NCBI GenBank assembly: GCA_963665845.2
Contig: OY762492.1
Location: 2,944,001-3,008,000 of the forward strand
DNA length: 64,000 bases
Reading direction: 5' to 3'
Origin: Candidatus Poribacteria bacterium
GTDB lineage: Bacteria > Poribacteria > WGA-4E > GCA-2687025
Under the pieces are notes generated by a model that was given only the letters and a program-made list of their open reading frames with translations, was not told the DNA's origin and searched no databases. The stretch's first letter is position 1. Each line of letters begins with the position of its first letter. Of the stretch, positions 1-10,337 are shown one piece after another. The position numbers were made by a program, and so were the translations under genes.

Positions 1-1
1 G

Positions 2-1159
2 GCGCCTGGGGGAACCATCGGAGACGCCGCCCCTGTTAATGCCGCCGGCGAGGAGATGGGCGAAAAAATCATCTCCTTTATACGCGGCAAAATACGCGCC
101 ACCGCCGAACGCAACGGACGCAACCCCGACATCGCCGAAGCGATGGTCGACAAGAAAAAAGTTCTCGCCCGCGTTGACGGAGACTCCATACAGGCGCTCA
201 TGCCGTCCGAAGTGAGCGAACTAAAAGGCGACGGCAGAAGCGTCGAAATCATCTGCCCCGAAGGCGAACTGCTGACTCTCACCACATCGGAAGCGCTGGA
301 CCTCGGCTTCATTGAGCTGAAGGCGGAATCGTTCAACGAAATTCTGAACGCCTACACCATCGGACGCATAGACGACCGGCTCCGCGTCGTCGCCAATCAG
401 GAGGTCGGAAACCTCGAATCGCCGCTGGACGATCCCGAACCGCTGGCGAACGCCGAAATCATGCTCCTCAAACCGAACGTCGTCGAAAAGCTGGCGATGG
501 CGATCACCGGCTCCATGCTGGGAACGCTGCTGCTGTCGCTCGGCATGGTGGGCCTCCTGTTTGAGTTCCGGACGCCTGGGTTCGGCGTTCCGGGCATTTT
601 AGGGCTGGCGTGCGTCGCGGCGTTCTTCGGCGGGCATATTGTGGCGGATGTGACGACCGGATTCGGCTTGCTGATGTTCATAGCGGGTCTGGCGCTCCTG
701 GCGGTGGAGGCGTTCGTGATCCCAGGCTTCGGCGTCGCGGGCATCGCCGGCTTGGCGTTGACATTCGGCGGACTTTTCTTTACATTTGCCCGAAGCGCGC
801 CGACGATGGGCGATGCGATGGGTTCCATCGGACTCGCGTTCGTTTTGACCATTGGACTCGCGATCGTGATTGGATTCACATTGCCGAAAACGCAGGCATG
901 GAACCGCCTCATCTTATCGACCGAGCAGTTGAGCGCGGACGGGTACCAGTCGGCGCGCCCCGAGCTGGCGGAGCTGATTGGACGCAGCGGCGTCGCTTTG
1001 ACGACTCTCCGCCCGGCAGGCGCGGCGGACATCGGCGGCAAGCGCGTCGATGTGGTCTCCAACAGCGAATTCATCTCTAAAGGAGAGCCGCTGACCGTTG
1101 AAATGGTAGAAGGAGCGCGCGTCGTGGTGCGCCCCGCCGCAAAAGAGGAGACCGCGTAA
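2..1159 (+). CDS. NfeD/YqeZ family membrane-bound serine protease-like protein (5' truncated by the window)
   Basis: Frame open from base 2 (APGGTIGDAAPV motif); GRNPDIAEAMVD; several TM helices with PGFGVPGI; C-terminal OB fold (LRPAG...VDVV...VEG). Confidence 0.9.
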   Translation, partial: APGGTIGDAAPVNAAGEEMGEKIISFIRGKIRATAERNGRNPDIAEAMVDKKKVLARVDGDSIQALMPSEVSELKGDGRSVEIICPEGELLTLTTSEALDLGFIELKAESFNEILNAYTIGRIDDRLRVVANQEVGNLESPLDDPEPLANAEIMLLKPNVVEKLAMAITGSMLGTLLLSLGMVGLLFEFRTPGFGVPGILGLACVAAFFGGHIVADVTTGFGLLMFIAGLALLAVEAFVIPGFGVAGIAGLALTFGGLFFTFARSAPTMGDAMGSIGLAFVLTIGLAIVIGFTLPKTQAWNRLILSTEQLSADGYQSARPELAELIGRSGVALTTLRPAGAADIGGKRVDVVSNSEFISKGEPLTVEMVEGARVVVRPAAKEETA

Positions 1160-1167
1160 TTAGCCCG

Positions 1168-1500
1168 ATGTCTCAACTCATTCTGTACCTGATCGGAGCG
1201 TTGGTCTTGATTGCCTGCGCGGTCTACATCGCTTGGAAGCGGCTTGTACTTAAGGATGAACAGCTGTCGGAAGACGGGTACTCCGCGCCGGACGCGCAGC
1301 TCAAAAAGCTTGCCGGCTCCAACGGCGTCGCGCTGACCGACCTGCGTCCGGCAGGCGCCGCGCGCATTGACGGGCGGCGCGTGGATGTGGTCGCCGACAG
1401 CGAATACATCGCCAAAGACACCCCCGTTCAAGTGGTCGCCGTCGAAGGAGTGCGCGTTGTGGTGGAAAAACAGCATTTAGAAACGAATTTAAACGAGTAA
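1168..1500 (+). CDS. Short NfeD-like protein (one TM plus C-terminal OB domain)
   Basis: Colinear with the C-terminus of the preceding NfeD (WKRLVL.EQLS.DGY; LRPAGAA.I.G.RVDVV). Confidence 0.85.
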   Translation: MSQLILYLIGALVLIACAVYIAWKRLVLKDEQLSEDGYSAPDAQLKKLAGSNGVALTDLRPAGAARIDGRRVDVVADSEYIAKDTPVQVVAVEGVRVVVEKQHLETNLNE

Positions 1501-1520
1501 GCGAAAGGAAAACGAGGAGA

Positions 1521-2453
1521 ATGACATTCCTAGAAGACTCGGCTCTCATTGCCGGCGCGGTCATCGCGCTGATCGGAATCGTTGTCTTCGGCGCGCTGCT
1601 TTATTTTATACCGGTCGGTCTGTGGATCTCGGCGCTTTTCGCCGGGGTGCGCGTGCGCCTCATTGAGCTGATCGGAATGCGTCTGCGGCGCATATCGCCG
1701 CCCGCCATTGTGAAGCCGATGATCAGCGCCTCCAAAGCGGGCGTGAGCGACAAATACGGGGTCACCATCTCCAAGCTGGAGGGGCATCTCTTGGCGCAGG
1801 GAAATGTGAACCGCGTCATCAGCGCGCTCATTGCGGCGGACAAAGCGGAGATTACGCTCTCGTTTGAACGCTCCACCGCCATCGATCTTGCGGGGCGCGA
1901 CGTTCTGCAGGCGGTTCAGGTGAGCGTCAATCCGCGCGTCATCACGACGCCTCTCATCACCGCCATTGCGCGGGACGGCGTTCAGCTGAAGGCGATCGCG
2001 CGGGTCACCGTCCGCGCGGACATCGACCGCCTTGTCGGCGGCGCCGGGGAGGAAACGATCCTGGCGCGCGTCGGGGAGGGCATCGTTTCAGCGATCGGAT
2101 CGGCGGAAGAGTACGCCGAGGTGCTGGAAAATCCCGACCTGATTTCGCGGAAAGTTCTGGACCGCGGGCTGGATTCTGGAACCGCGTTTGAGATTCTTTC
2201 CATCGACATTGCCGATGTGGATGTGGGCGAAAACATCGGCGCGCAGCTGGAAGCGGAGCAGGCGGAGACGGATCTGGTCGTCGCGCAGGCGAAAGCCGAG
2301 GAGCGCCTGGCAATGGCAAAAGCGCGCGAGCAGGAGATGCAGGCGCGCGTCCAAAAAATGCAGGCGCAGGTGGTCGAAGCGGAAGCGGACGTCCCGCGCG
2401 CCCTCGGCGAAGCGTTTGAAAGCGGACATATCGGCGTCAACACGTCCTCATAG
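1521..2453 (+). CDS. floA: Flotillin-like FloA/YqfA family protein, copy 1 (short C-terminus)
   Basis: [45 protein letters not shown] motifs. Confidence 0.9.
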   Translation: MTFLEDSALIAGAVIALIGIVVFGALLYFIPVGLWISALFAGVRVRLIELIGMRLRRISPPAIVKPMISASKAGVSDKYGVTISKLEGHLLAQGNVNRVISALIAADKAEITLSFERSTAIDLAGRDVLQAVQVSVNPRVITTPLITAIARDGVQLKAIARVTVRADIDRLVGGAGEETILARVGEGIVSAIGSAEEYAEVLENPDLISRKVLDRGLDSGTAFEILSIDIADVDVGENIGAQLEAEQAETDLVVAQAKAEERLAMAKAREQEMQARVQKMQAQVVEAEADVPRALGEAFESGHIGVNTSS

Positions 2454-2462
2454 GAGACACGC

Positions 2463-3464
2463 ATGCTAGAATTCATCCTCATTCTCTTGATTCTTGCGAT
2501 CGTCTTCATTGCGATCCTGAACATCTTTGTGCCGTTCCGCCTCTGGATTGCGGCGCGGGCGGCGGGGGTTCAGGTGCGCATCTTCCGGGACCTCGTCGCC
2601 ATGCGGCTGCGGCGCGTCCCGCAGGCGGACGTCATCAACCCGCTCATCACCTCCACCAAAGCGGGGCTGCCGCTTGACCTTGCCAACCTGGAGGCGCATT
2701 ATCTGGCGGGCGGGAATGTTGACGGACTGGTGGAGGCGCTCATTGAAGCGGACAAGGCGCAGATACCGCTCCCGTTTGAGCGCGCCGCCGCCATCGACCT
2801 CGCCGGGCGCGATGTCTTGGAGGCGGTGTCGATGTCGATCACGCCGCAGGTGATCGAGACGCCAAAAATATCCGCGGTCGCCAAGAACGGCATCCAGCTG
2901 ATTGTAACGGCGCGCGTCACGGTGCGCGCGAATATCGACAAGCTGGTCGGCGGGGCGGGCGAAGAGACGGTCATCGCGCGCGTCGGACAAGGAATCATTA
3001 CGACGATCGGATCGGCGGCGTCGCATGCGGAAGTTCAGGAAAACCCCGATCAGATTTCACGCACCGTTTTGGAAGCGGGGCTGGCGTCCGGAACCGCGTT
3101 TGAGATCCTTTCCATCGACATTGCCGATGTGGATGTGGGCGAGAATATCGGGGCGAAACTGCAGCGGGAGAGAGCGGACGCGCAGCTGAAGATCGCCCGC
3201 GCGAAGGCGGAAGAAAAACGCGCCATCGCCGAGGCGGAGGAGCAGGAGATGCGCGCGCTCGTCGAAGAAAAGAACGCCGAGCTGATTGGCGCGGAAGCCG
3301 ATGTGCCGAGAGCCATCGCCGGCGCGTTCCGAAGCGAGCAGCTGACCGTCCGCGACTACTACTCCATCCGCAACATCATGGCAGACACCGAAATGAGGCA
3401 GTCGATCGCCGGCGCGCCGGTCGAAGGCGCAGAAAGGAAAAACCTTGGCCGCTATTCAAGTTAA
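2463..3464 (+). CDS. floA: Flotillin-like FloA/YqfA family protein, copy 2
   Basis: Same motifs plus the C-terminal [15 protein letters not shown]. Confidence 0.92.
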   Translation: MLEFILILLILAIVFIAILNIFVPFRLWIAARAAGVQVRIFRDLVAMRLRRVPQADVINPLITSTKAGLPLDLANLEAHYLAGGNVDGLVEALIEADKAQIPLPFERAAAIDLAGRDVLEAVSMSITPQVIETPKISAVAKNGIQLIVTARVTVRANIDKLVGGAGEETVIARVGQGIITTIGSAASHAEVQENPDQISRTVLEAGLASGTAFEILSIDIADVDVGENIGAKLQRERADAQLKIARAKAEEKRAIAEAEEQEMRALVEEKNAELIGAEADVPRAIAGAFRSEQLTVRDYYSIRNIMADTEMRQSIAGAPVEGAERKNLGRYSS

Positions 3465-3846
3465 ACGGCTCTGGGCAGCCGCGTTTGCCGCCGCATTTCT
3501 CTTGCTCGGCTGCGCAGAGGAGAGTCCGGACGATATTCTGAACGGAGACGATTCGCCGCCGACCGTTCTGTCGACCGAGCCGGCGGACGGCGATACCTGG
3601 CCTGCCGATGAACCGCTCTCCGTCGTTTTCAATGAGGATGTTACATCCGAATCTGCGCGGGAGGGCGTCGCCGTGATCGGCGTCAGCGCGGCGGTGGAAT
3701 ACGACGCCGCGCAGCGCGCCGCGACGCTGACGCCTGACAGCCCTTTGCCGTCCGGTTCCGCCTTGACGCTGACCGTTCGACGAATCGAAGACCTTGCGGG
3801 CAACATCATGCCCGGCATTCTCACCGTCAATTTTCAAGTGGAGTAG
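3445..3846 (+). CDS. Lipoprotein with a bacterial Ig-like (Big_5/SbsA-type) domain
   Basis: Lipobox LLGC; [26 protein letters not shown]. Confidence 0.75.
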   Translation: MAAIQVKRLWAAAFAAAFLLLGCAEESPDDILNGDDSPPTVLSTEPADGDTWPADEPLSVVFNEDVTSESAREGVAVIGVSAAVEYDAAQRAATLTPDSPLPSGSALTLTVRRIEDLAGNIMPGILTVNFQVE

Positions 3847-3849
3847 ACG

Positions 3850-4254
3850 ATGCCGCTGCAATTGAAACATCTGGCGCTCCGTTGCGCCGACACATCCGCC
3901 TCCCGCCGATTTTATGAAACGCTTGGATTCCGCTTCCTCGGCTATCGACCGAACTCGACCGAAGCGATGGACCTGGCGGACGGCTCCGTCAACCTGACGC
4001 TCCTTCCCCATGAAGGCGAGCGCCCCAAACTGGAAGAAGGCGCCGAGTATATCCATTTCGGGGTGGAGGTGGACGATGCGAAAGCCGCGTGGCGCGCGCT
4101 GCGGGCGGCGGGGATTCGAATACTGCGGGACGATGTGAAGCATCGATACGCGCCGGACGAATCGAAGCCGCCGGAAGGCTCCTTCAAGGCGGAGGATCCG
4201 GACGGAAATGTGGTCGACATCACCGACGACAAGAACGAGTGGCGCAAGGGGTAG
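3850..4254 (+). CDS. VOC/glyoxalase family protein
   Basis: LKHLALR...SRRFYE.LGF, HFGVEVDD, DPDGNVVD. Confidence 0.85.
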   Translation: MPLQLKHLALRCADTSASRRFYETLGFRFLGYRPNSTEAMDLADGSVNLTLLPHEGERPKLEEGAEYIHFGVEVDDAKAAWRALRAAGIRILRDDVKHRYAPDESKPPEGSFKAEDPDGNVVDITDDKNEWRKG

Positions 4255-4260
4255 ACGGCG

Positions 4261-4671
4261 TTGATCGATTCTTTGTTCGAAATCATCAACGATATCTGGC
4301 CGTTGTTGGCGGCTCTCTACGCCGCGTTGCACGGACTGATCACATGGCTTTTTAAAAAGAAAAAAGAGGGTGAAAAGAGCGGCATAGATTCTAAAGAGTC
4401 GACCGAATTCACGCCGCCGAACGACATCGACGTAGACAAAGCGATTCAACAGGCGGAAGAACTCGCGCAAAAGGTAGAAGAAGAGCTTGAACAGAAGGCG
4501 CCGCCGCGTCCAAAAAAGCGCGCCCAGCCGACCAAGCCGCCTGAAAAACCAAAGACGGAGCCGACGCCCGCTGTCAAAACGCCGCATCCTGTTCTGACAG
4601 CGCAGAACATACGGCAGGCGATTGTGGTGTCGGAAATACTTGGAAAACCGAAATCGCTGCGGCGGGACTGA
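4261..4671 (+). CDS. Membrane-anchored protein, YqfB-like
   Basis: N-terminal TM, charged linker, C-terminal RQAIVVSEILGKPKSLR resembling the yqfB partner of nfeD-floA operons. Confidence 0.6.
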   Translation: MIDSLFEIINDIWPLLAALYAALHGLITWLFKKKKEGEKSGIDSKESTEFTPPNDIDVDKAIQQAEELAQKVEEELEQKAPPRPKKRAQPTKPPEKPKTEPTPAVKTPHPVLTAQNIRQAIVVSEILGKPKSLRRD

Positions 4672-4673
4672 TC

Positions 4674-6029
4674 ATGCGAACGCTCACCGCGGCAGCTTTG
4701 ATGTTCGCGTTCACCGCGGCGGCCGTAGCCCAGCATATGCGCATCACCGAGGTGATGGCGAACCCAAGCGACGCGCAGGGCGGCGAACGCGCCGGCGAAT
4801 TTGTGGAACTGTTCAACCTCGGCTCCGAGCCTGTCGACTTGAGCGGATGGAGCGTCGCGGACGACATCTCCCAGGACATGATCATACCGTTTGAGCCGGG
4901 CGGGCCGACGCTGCTAAACCCGCGCTCCTTCGCTGTCGTTCTGGACCCTGACTATGAAGGGCAGCACGGCGAGTTGCCGCCGAACACGCTGCGCCTTCGC
5001 CCTGAAAACGCCGCCATCGGCAACGGCCTCTCCGCGCTCGATTCGCTCCGTCTAATGGACCCAGACGGCGCTGTCATCGATGAGTTCATACCGCCCTCGC
5101 CCGCGCAGGACGGAATCTCCTTTGAACGCATCGACCTGAACGCGCCGGGTTCCGCCGACAACTGGCGCCGCTCCGACGATCCAAGCGGCTCCACCATCGG
5201 ACGCCCGCCCAACGAGCAGCCCCCGCCGCCTGTAGAGCCGCCGTCGGCGCCGCTTATGGGGATTGTCTTGATCAATGAGATCATGTATCAGCCGTCCGCG
5301 GACGCGCCCGAATGGGTTGAGCTGCGCAGCTTAGCCAAAGAAGAGATTGCCGTAAAGAATTGGACTATTGAAGATGAGCGGGAAAGCCCCGCGCCGATAC
5401 CGGACGCTGTCATCCCGCCGGAAGGGTATCTCATCTTGACGCAAAGCGCGGACGAGTTTCGCGCGGCGCACCCTGAAACGCCGAAAGAAACGCCCGTGAT
5501 CGAACTGCGGCTCCCGGCGCTCAACAACGACGGCGACCTTGTGCGCCTCCGCCTCAACGGGGAGTTGATCGACGAAATGCGGTATGAAAAGCGGAACGGA
5601 CGGCGCGGGCAGTCGCTGGAGCGGCGCGACCCGAAAATTCCGTCTCGGCTAAAAGAGAACTGGCTGCTCAGCGTTCATGCCACAGGCTCAACCCCAGGCA
5701 GACCGAACACCGCCGAATTCGACGCGCCTGAACAGCCGAAACTGACAGCGGCGCCGAATCCGTTCGACCCGCATGAAACGGCTGCAGAGCTGCGGTATGA
5801 GGCGCCGCTGACCGCTAAAATCACCCTGCGCATCTTCAACAGCGCCGGCGTCCCGCAGCGCGAACTGCTTTACGACGCGCCGCGCGGCGGTCAACAAACC
5901 GTCCAATGGGACGGGCGAAACGACGCGGGGCGTTACGTTCCGCCGGGCATCTATATCGTCATGCTGCTCGCCATCGAGGACGGGCGGCACAGCGCCACCG
6001 CCATCGCCTTGGTCGTCGCGGAACGATGA
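4674..6029 (+). CDS. Secreted protein with two lamin-tail domains and a FlgD-Ig/T9SS-like C-terminal domain
   Basis: Signal peptide; ITEVMANP..EFVELFN and INEIMY.P..EWVEL; PNPFDP...IFN..G...WDGRND.G..VPPGIYIV. Confidence 0.85.
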   Translation: MRTLTAAALMFAFTAAAVAQHMRITEVMANPSDAQGGERAGEFVELFNLGSEPVDLSGWSVADDISQDMIIPFEPGGPTLLNPRSFAVVLDPDYEGQHGELPPNTLRLRPENAAIGNGLSALDSLRLMDPDGAVIDEFIPPSPAQDGISFERIDLNAPGSADNWRRSDDPSGSTIGRPPNEQPPPPVEPPSAPLMGIVLINEIMYQPSADAPEWVELRSLAKEEIAVKNWTIEDERESPAPIPDAVIPPEGYLILTQSADEFRAAHPETPKETPVIELRLPALNNDGDLVRLRLNGELIDEMRYEKRNGRRGQSLERRDPKIPSRLKENWLLSVHATGSTPGRPNTAEFDAPEQPKLTAAPNPFDPHETAAELRYEAPLTAKITLRIFNSAGVPQRELLYDAPRGGQQTVQWDGRNDAGRYVPPGIYIVMLLAIEDGRHSATAIALVVAER

Positions 6030-6793
6030 GGCGGGTTTTATGGGCGGCTCTGCTTGCGTTGGCGTTTCCGTGCGCCGCCGCTTTTGAACGTTCCGCGCCC
6101 AGCCCCGCGTTGATCGGGTTTGGAGGCGCCGGCGCCGCGCATGGAGAGGCGGTCTCCTCGCGCTTGAATCCGGCGGCGTATGAAGAAAATCACTGGATCG
6201 CGCTCTGCTACAACCGCCCCTTCGGCGTGGACGGGCTGCGGGAGAGTTTTGTTCAGGCGGGGGCGGCTCTTGGGTCTAAAGCGGCGGCGCGCGTCTCGTG
6301 GCATCAGTTCGGCAACGCGCTCCATGTCGAGGACACGATCTCCGTCGCGGGTCGTATCGGCGGAGAGAATCTGGCGGCGGGCGTCCGCGGGTCTTATAGA
6401 TCAAGGCGGACGCAGGGCTTTTCAGACGCGCAGACCTACTCCGCCGACATCGGCGCCGTCTGGCGCGTTTCGCCGCAGATCAAGCTGGGGGCGGCGGTTC
6501 AAAACGCGGGGCTGAACGCGCAGATGCGAGCCGGCGCGCGCGTTGAAATGGGCGGACAAACAACGTTTCTTGCCGACGCCTTCGCCGACGGAAACGGCGC
6601 CGGGATCGCCGTCGGCGGCGAATGGCGCGCTCACCCGAACCTGACGCTCCGCGCCGGAACGCATAACCTGCCGTGGCAATGGGCGGTTGGATTCTCGGTA
6701 CGCTTCGCCGGCGTCTCCTTCGATTACGCCCTAGAAACGCATCCGGCGCTGAACGCCACCCATTATGTCGGGATCGCCCTGTATGCGCCTTAG
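6026..6793 (+). CDS. PorV/PorQ-like outer-membrane beta-barrel
   Basis: ATG at 6026 overlaps the upstream stop; signal peptide; GFGGAG...NPA motif; alternating beta-strands; FDYALETHPAL. Confidence 0.65.
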   Translation: MRRVLWAALLALAFPCAAAFERSAPSPALIGFGGAGAAHGEAVSSRLNPAAYEENHWIALCYNRPFGVDGLRESFVQAGAALGSKAAARVSWHQFGNALHVEDTISVAGRIGGENLAAGVRGSYRSRRTQGFSDAQTYSADIGAVWRVSPQIKLGAAVQNAGLNAQMRAGARVEMGGQTTFLADAFADGNGAGIAVGGEWRAHPNLTLRAGTHNLPWQWAVGFSVRFAGVSFDYALETHPALNATHYVGIALYAP

Positions 6794-8450
6794 ACTGCTC
6801 ATGGCGGCGGTTGCGGGAATGTCCGCTCTCTATGCCGCCGCGTTCGACGCCCCCGCCGGCTTCGACTTCGTGGATCCAGCCGACCTGGACGAGTGGGTCG
6901 AAGACGGGCTGATACAGGAAGACGAACGCGCCCAGCTGCTTGAGTGGATCGACGACCCGCTCGACTTAAACCGCGCGGAGATGGATGAGCTGAGGCTGCT
7001 GCCGTTTGTGGATGAATCGCTTGCGGAGGAGATCAACGCGGCGCGCCGAGAAAAGCCGTTTGAATCGCTCAACGACCTAGAGCGCGTCCGCGGACTGCAG
7101 AGCCGTCTAAACATGATCCTGCCCTTTGTAACGGTACCTTCCTATCGGTCTAGCGGGCGCATTCGTCAGCGGCTTTCCGATACGCAGAACGACGCGGCGC
7201 CCGCCCAGATGTACGGCTATCTTCGCCTGAACCCGACGCCGAACGCGGTTGTCGGTCTTGCGCACAGGGCGGGAGGCTCCAGGCGCGCCGTTTGGGACGC
7301 GGACGCGTCCATCGTTCGTCCGCTTGAACCGGCGCGCCTCTCCCGCGGATACGTCGCATGGAGCGGGGAGGGGGCGGTTCAACGGCTGATTGTCGGCGAC
7401 TACTCTGTCGGAAGCGGGCTTGGGCTGATTCTGAACAGCGCGCGGCTCCGTTATCCTACCGGCGCGCGGCCGAACGACAGCTCGCTTCCGCGCGAACGGG
7501 GAGCCGCCGCGGAAGCGCGCCTCGGCAGGTTCAACGCGCTCGCTTTCGTCTCTCGAAACAGCCTCTCCGATTCGCTTCCGCCGGATATAACTGGGCTGGC
7601 GGACGATGAAACGGTTGAAAACGCCCTTTACCGCGATCTGATTGGAGCGCGCGTTGAATCGGAAACGAAGGGCTGGCGGTTTGGAGCGGCCGCGGCGGCG
7701 CATCGCTATCAACCGAAGGCGGGGCAGATCCTCAACGAAACGGCGCGAACAGGCGCGGCGCTCGACTTTGACGGACGCATTCGTCAAACGCGCTGGCGCG
7801 GCGAAGCGGCGTACGCCAACGCGCCCGCCGGCTGGACGGAGCTGCTGACCCGTTCCAAGACCGCTTCCGCCCGAATCGCTTTTTACGCGCTGCCGACCGA
7901 GTTTGAAAGCCCTCGCGGTTCCGCCCGACCCGACAGGCGCGGCATACTCGCCCGCGCCGCGTTCTATTTTAGCAGCGGAGCCAGAATCGGTTTTCAAATG
8001 AACGGCGAGAAGCAAATCTCCACCGCAGTATCGTCGCAGTCGGCGAGCGCATGGACGGCCGCGCCAATTGGACGTATCATAACGGCGGGAATTGTTGTAC
8101 GATGGCGCGACCGAGACCTGTTGATCGACAACGAAACGGAATGGAGAACGACCGAATGGGCGGCAGCCGCGTTTCAAAACTGGCGCGTATCGATGCAATG
8201 GACGCAGGAAAACGGCATGGCTCCGTCCCTCTTGACGCGGGTCGACTGGCGCGCCGTCAGGGGTTTCGTTTGCGGCGCGCGCGTCAAAACGGAAGGCTCC
8301 CGTTTCGCGCTGCGCGAGCTTTCTGGGTATGCGTCGCTATGGTCAAGAGGCTCATGGCGGTGCCGACCCGTTTGGACCCGCCGATGGAGCGGGTCGGGCG
8401 CCTCCAACCGCGCCGTTTTAACGTTCGATGCGCGATGGGGTTCGCCTTGA
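6783..8450 (+). CDS. Helix-hairpin-helix (ComEA-like) domain protein with a probable beta-barrel
   Basis: Signal peptide; PLDLNRA...L.LLPFV...F.S..DL.RV.G HhH pair; VGDYSVGSGLGL; beta-rich remainder. Confidence 0.7.
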   Translation: MRLRLLMAAVAGMSALYAAAFDAPAGFDFVDPADLDEWVEDGLIQEDERAQLLEWIDDPLDLNRAEMDELRLLPFVDESLAEEINAARREKPFESLNDLERVRGLQSRLNMILPFVTVPSYRSSGRIRQRLSDTQNDAAPAQMYGYLRLNPTPNAVVGLAHRAGGSRRAVWDADASIVRPLEPARLSRGYVAWSGEGAVQRLIVGDYSVGSGLGLILNSARLRYPTGARPNDSSLPRERGAAAEARLGRFNALAFVSRNSLSDSLPPDITGLADDETVENALYRDLIGARVESETKGWRFGAAAAAHRYQPKAGQILNETARTGAALDFDGRIRQTRWRGEAAYANAPAGWTELLTRSKTASARIAFYALPTEFESPRGSARPDRRGILARAAFYFSSGARIGFQMNGEKQISTAVSSQSASAWTAAPIGRIITAGIVVRWRDRDLLIDNETEWRTTEWAAAAFQNWRVSMQWTQENGMAPSLLTRVDWRAVRGFVCGARVKTEGSRFALRELSGYASLWSRGSWRCRPVWTRRWSGSGASNRAVLTFDARWGSP

Positions 8451-9349
8451 CGATGGCGTGCGCGGCGGTCGCGTTTGCGTCGGCTCAAACGGTTCAGCAG
8501 CCCGTGGAATGGATCGCCGCGGTCGTGAACGGCGAACCGATCGCATGGTCGGAATTGAAGCTGGAGATGACCCTTCAAAAACGGGACATAGAGAACCCGG
8601 CGGCTCAGCGCGCCGCGCTTGACCAGCTCATTCATCAGCGGCTCATACTGCAGGGCGCGCGGGAGATTGTGTTGATTGAGGATTGGCAGGTTGAGCGGGA
8701 GTATCGGCGGCAGACGGCGCTTTTGCGCCCGTTTCTGAACGCGGGCGCGTCGCCGGAGGAGCTGCGGGAACGCATCAAAAATGAGATGATCGCCGAGGAG
8801 TTTATACGGCGCATCGTCAAACGCTCCCTCTCCAACGTCAGCGCCGAAAGGGTCAAAAGCAGGTTCGATGAAAATCCAGCTCTCTACGCCGAACCGGCGG
8901 CGTACCGCCTTGTTTTCATGGATGTGGAGCTGCCGCCGCAGGCGACGAACGAGCAGCGCGAACAGGCGCTTGCATGGATCGACGCCGTTCGGCAAAATCC
9001 GCTTGACGAGACATATGCGGACGCATTGCCGGAGCCGCTTCATGCGTCCGCCCCGTACGGCTCTGACCGATGGATCGAAGCGGACCGCATGGATCCTGAA
9101 TTGCGGCGCGCCATCGACCGCCTTCAGCCAAAAGAATGGAGCGCGGCGATCGTCACGCCGCTGGGTTACTCGATCATGCGCGTCGCCGAGCGGAGAGAAG
9201 CGAGCCTGCCGGTCTTAGACGAGCGCGCGCGAAGCGTTATCCGCGTTGAATTGGCGGCGCTGGACTGGATTGAAAACGAAAAAGAACGTTCAAATATATG
9301 GATACTGGACATCAAGATTGATCAAAAGGAGCGAACTCATCAGAGATAA
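8435..9349 (+). CDS. SurA-like periplasmic chaperone/parvulin PPIase
   Basis: IAAVVNGEPI..SEL, LDQLI.QRLILQ, L.P.EWS..I.TP.GY.I; start re-called from 8051 to 8435. Confidence 0.75.
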   Translation: MGFALTMACAAVAFASAQTVQQPVEWIAAVVNGEPIAWSELKLEMTLQKRDIENPAAQRAALDQLIHQRLILQGAREIVLIEDWQVEREYRRQTALLRPFLNAGASPEELRERIKNEMIAEEFIRRIVKRSLSNVSAERVKSRFDENPALYAEPAAYRLVFMDVELPPQATNEQREQALAWIDAVRQNPLDETYADALPEPLHASAPYGSDRWIEADRMDPELRRAIDRLQPKEWSAAIVTPLGYSIMRVAERREASLPVLDERARSVIRVELAALDWIENEKERSNIWILDIKIDQKERTHQR

Positions 9350-10325
9350 ATCGACACCACGCGCCGCGCGGTTCTGGACGGCGGCGGTTCTCCTGCTGGG
9401 GCTGCCGTTCGCCGCTTTTGCCTCCTTTACGGCGCCTCCAAACGGGGCGCGCCCGCTTGGAATGGGAACCGCTTTCACCGCTGTCGCGGACGACGCGAAC
9501 GCCCCGCTTTACAACCCTGCGGGCGGCGCCGACGGAAGTTATCATCTCGCGTTCACGCGCGCGGCGTATTTCTCCGGACCTGTTAGTCCCCTAGTGGCGC
9601 ATGACGCCGCGCTCATCGCCGCGCCGCTCGCGGGCGGAACGCTCAACGCGGGCGCCTCCAGTTTATCGGACGCAAACGGCGTCTACCGCGAAACGGCGCT
9701 TCTTGTCGGATACGCCCGTCGCCTCGCGCAGGGGCTGGACGCCGGTTTTCTGTTGAAACGGCTCCAGACAGGAGTCGACAGCTCGCTGCCGGATGTGGCG
9801 CAAAACCCGTATTTTGAAGAAAAAACAAGCGCCTCCGCCTTCACCGCGGATGTCGGTCTCTTGGCGGAACCGGCGGACGGATGGACAATCGGCTTGGCTG
9901 GACAAAACATCGTTCCCGCCGATCTGTCGTTTAAAGAGGCGCAGGAGGAAGAGAACGACCGCGCCCCTTCCACCGCGCGCATCGGGACGGCGCTGCGGTT
10001 GAGCGCCATTGCGGAATTCGCTGAACAAGAGGCTGTCCAGAAAATGCTGGCGCGGAGCCTTATCGCGGTCGACGCGGCGTTCGGCGGCGGAACGGCTATT
10101 GGGGCGGGGGCTGAAGTCGGCTTTAGCGACGCATTCGCAGCGCGCGTCGGGTATCGATACGACGCCGGCGACGGACGCCTCGCCGCCGGTTCCGTCTCCG
10201 CCGGCGCGACCATCGCTTTCCATTTTGGGACGGCGGTCGCGTCGGTCGATTACGCGGTCGCCTTTTCAAACAACGAACTGGAAGACAGCGCGAGCCAGCG
10301 CGTCTCTCTCCGCGCTCGATTTTAA
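9318..10325 (+). CDS. PorV/PorQ family beta-barrel (start uncertain)
   Basis: GARPLGMGTAFTAVADDANAPLYNPAG signature; terminal RVSLRARF. Confidence 0.8.
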   Translation: MIKRSELIRDKSTPRAARFWTAAVLLLGLPFAAFASFTAPPNGARPLGMGTAFTAVADDANAPLYNPAGGADGSYHLAFTRAAYFSGPVSPLVAHDAALIAAPLAGGTLNAGASSLSDANGVYRETALLVGYARRLAQGLDAGFLLKRLQTGVDSSLPDVAQNPYFEEKTSASAFTADVGLLAEPADGWTIGLAGQNIVPADLSFKEAQEEENDRAPSTARIGTALRLSAIAEFAEQEAVQKMLARSLIAVDAAFGGGTAIGAGAEVGFSDAFAARVGYRYDAGDGRLAAGSVSAGATIAFHFGTAVASVDYAVAFSNNELEDSASQRVSLRARF

Positions 10326-10337
10326 AAGGATGTATGT

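Noticed and set aside
397-4587. Long minus-strand ORFs (397-1476, 3376-4587) and similar ones elsewhere (7107-8198, 16440-17471, 46868-47947)
   Set aside because: Antisense to well-supported genes; no recognisable motifs
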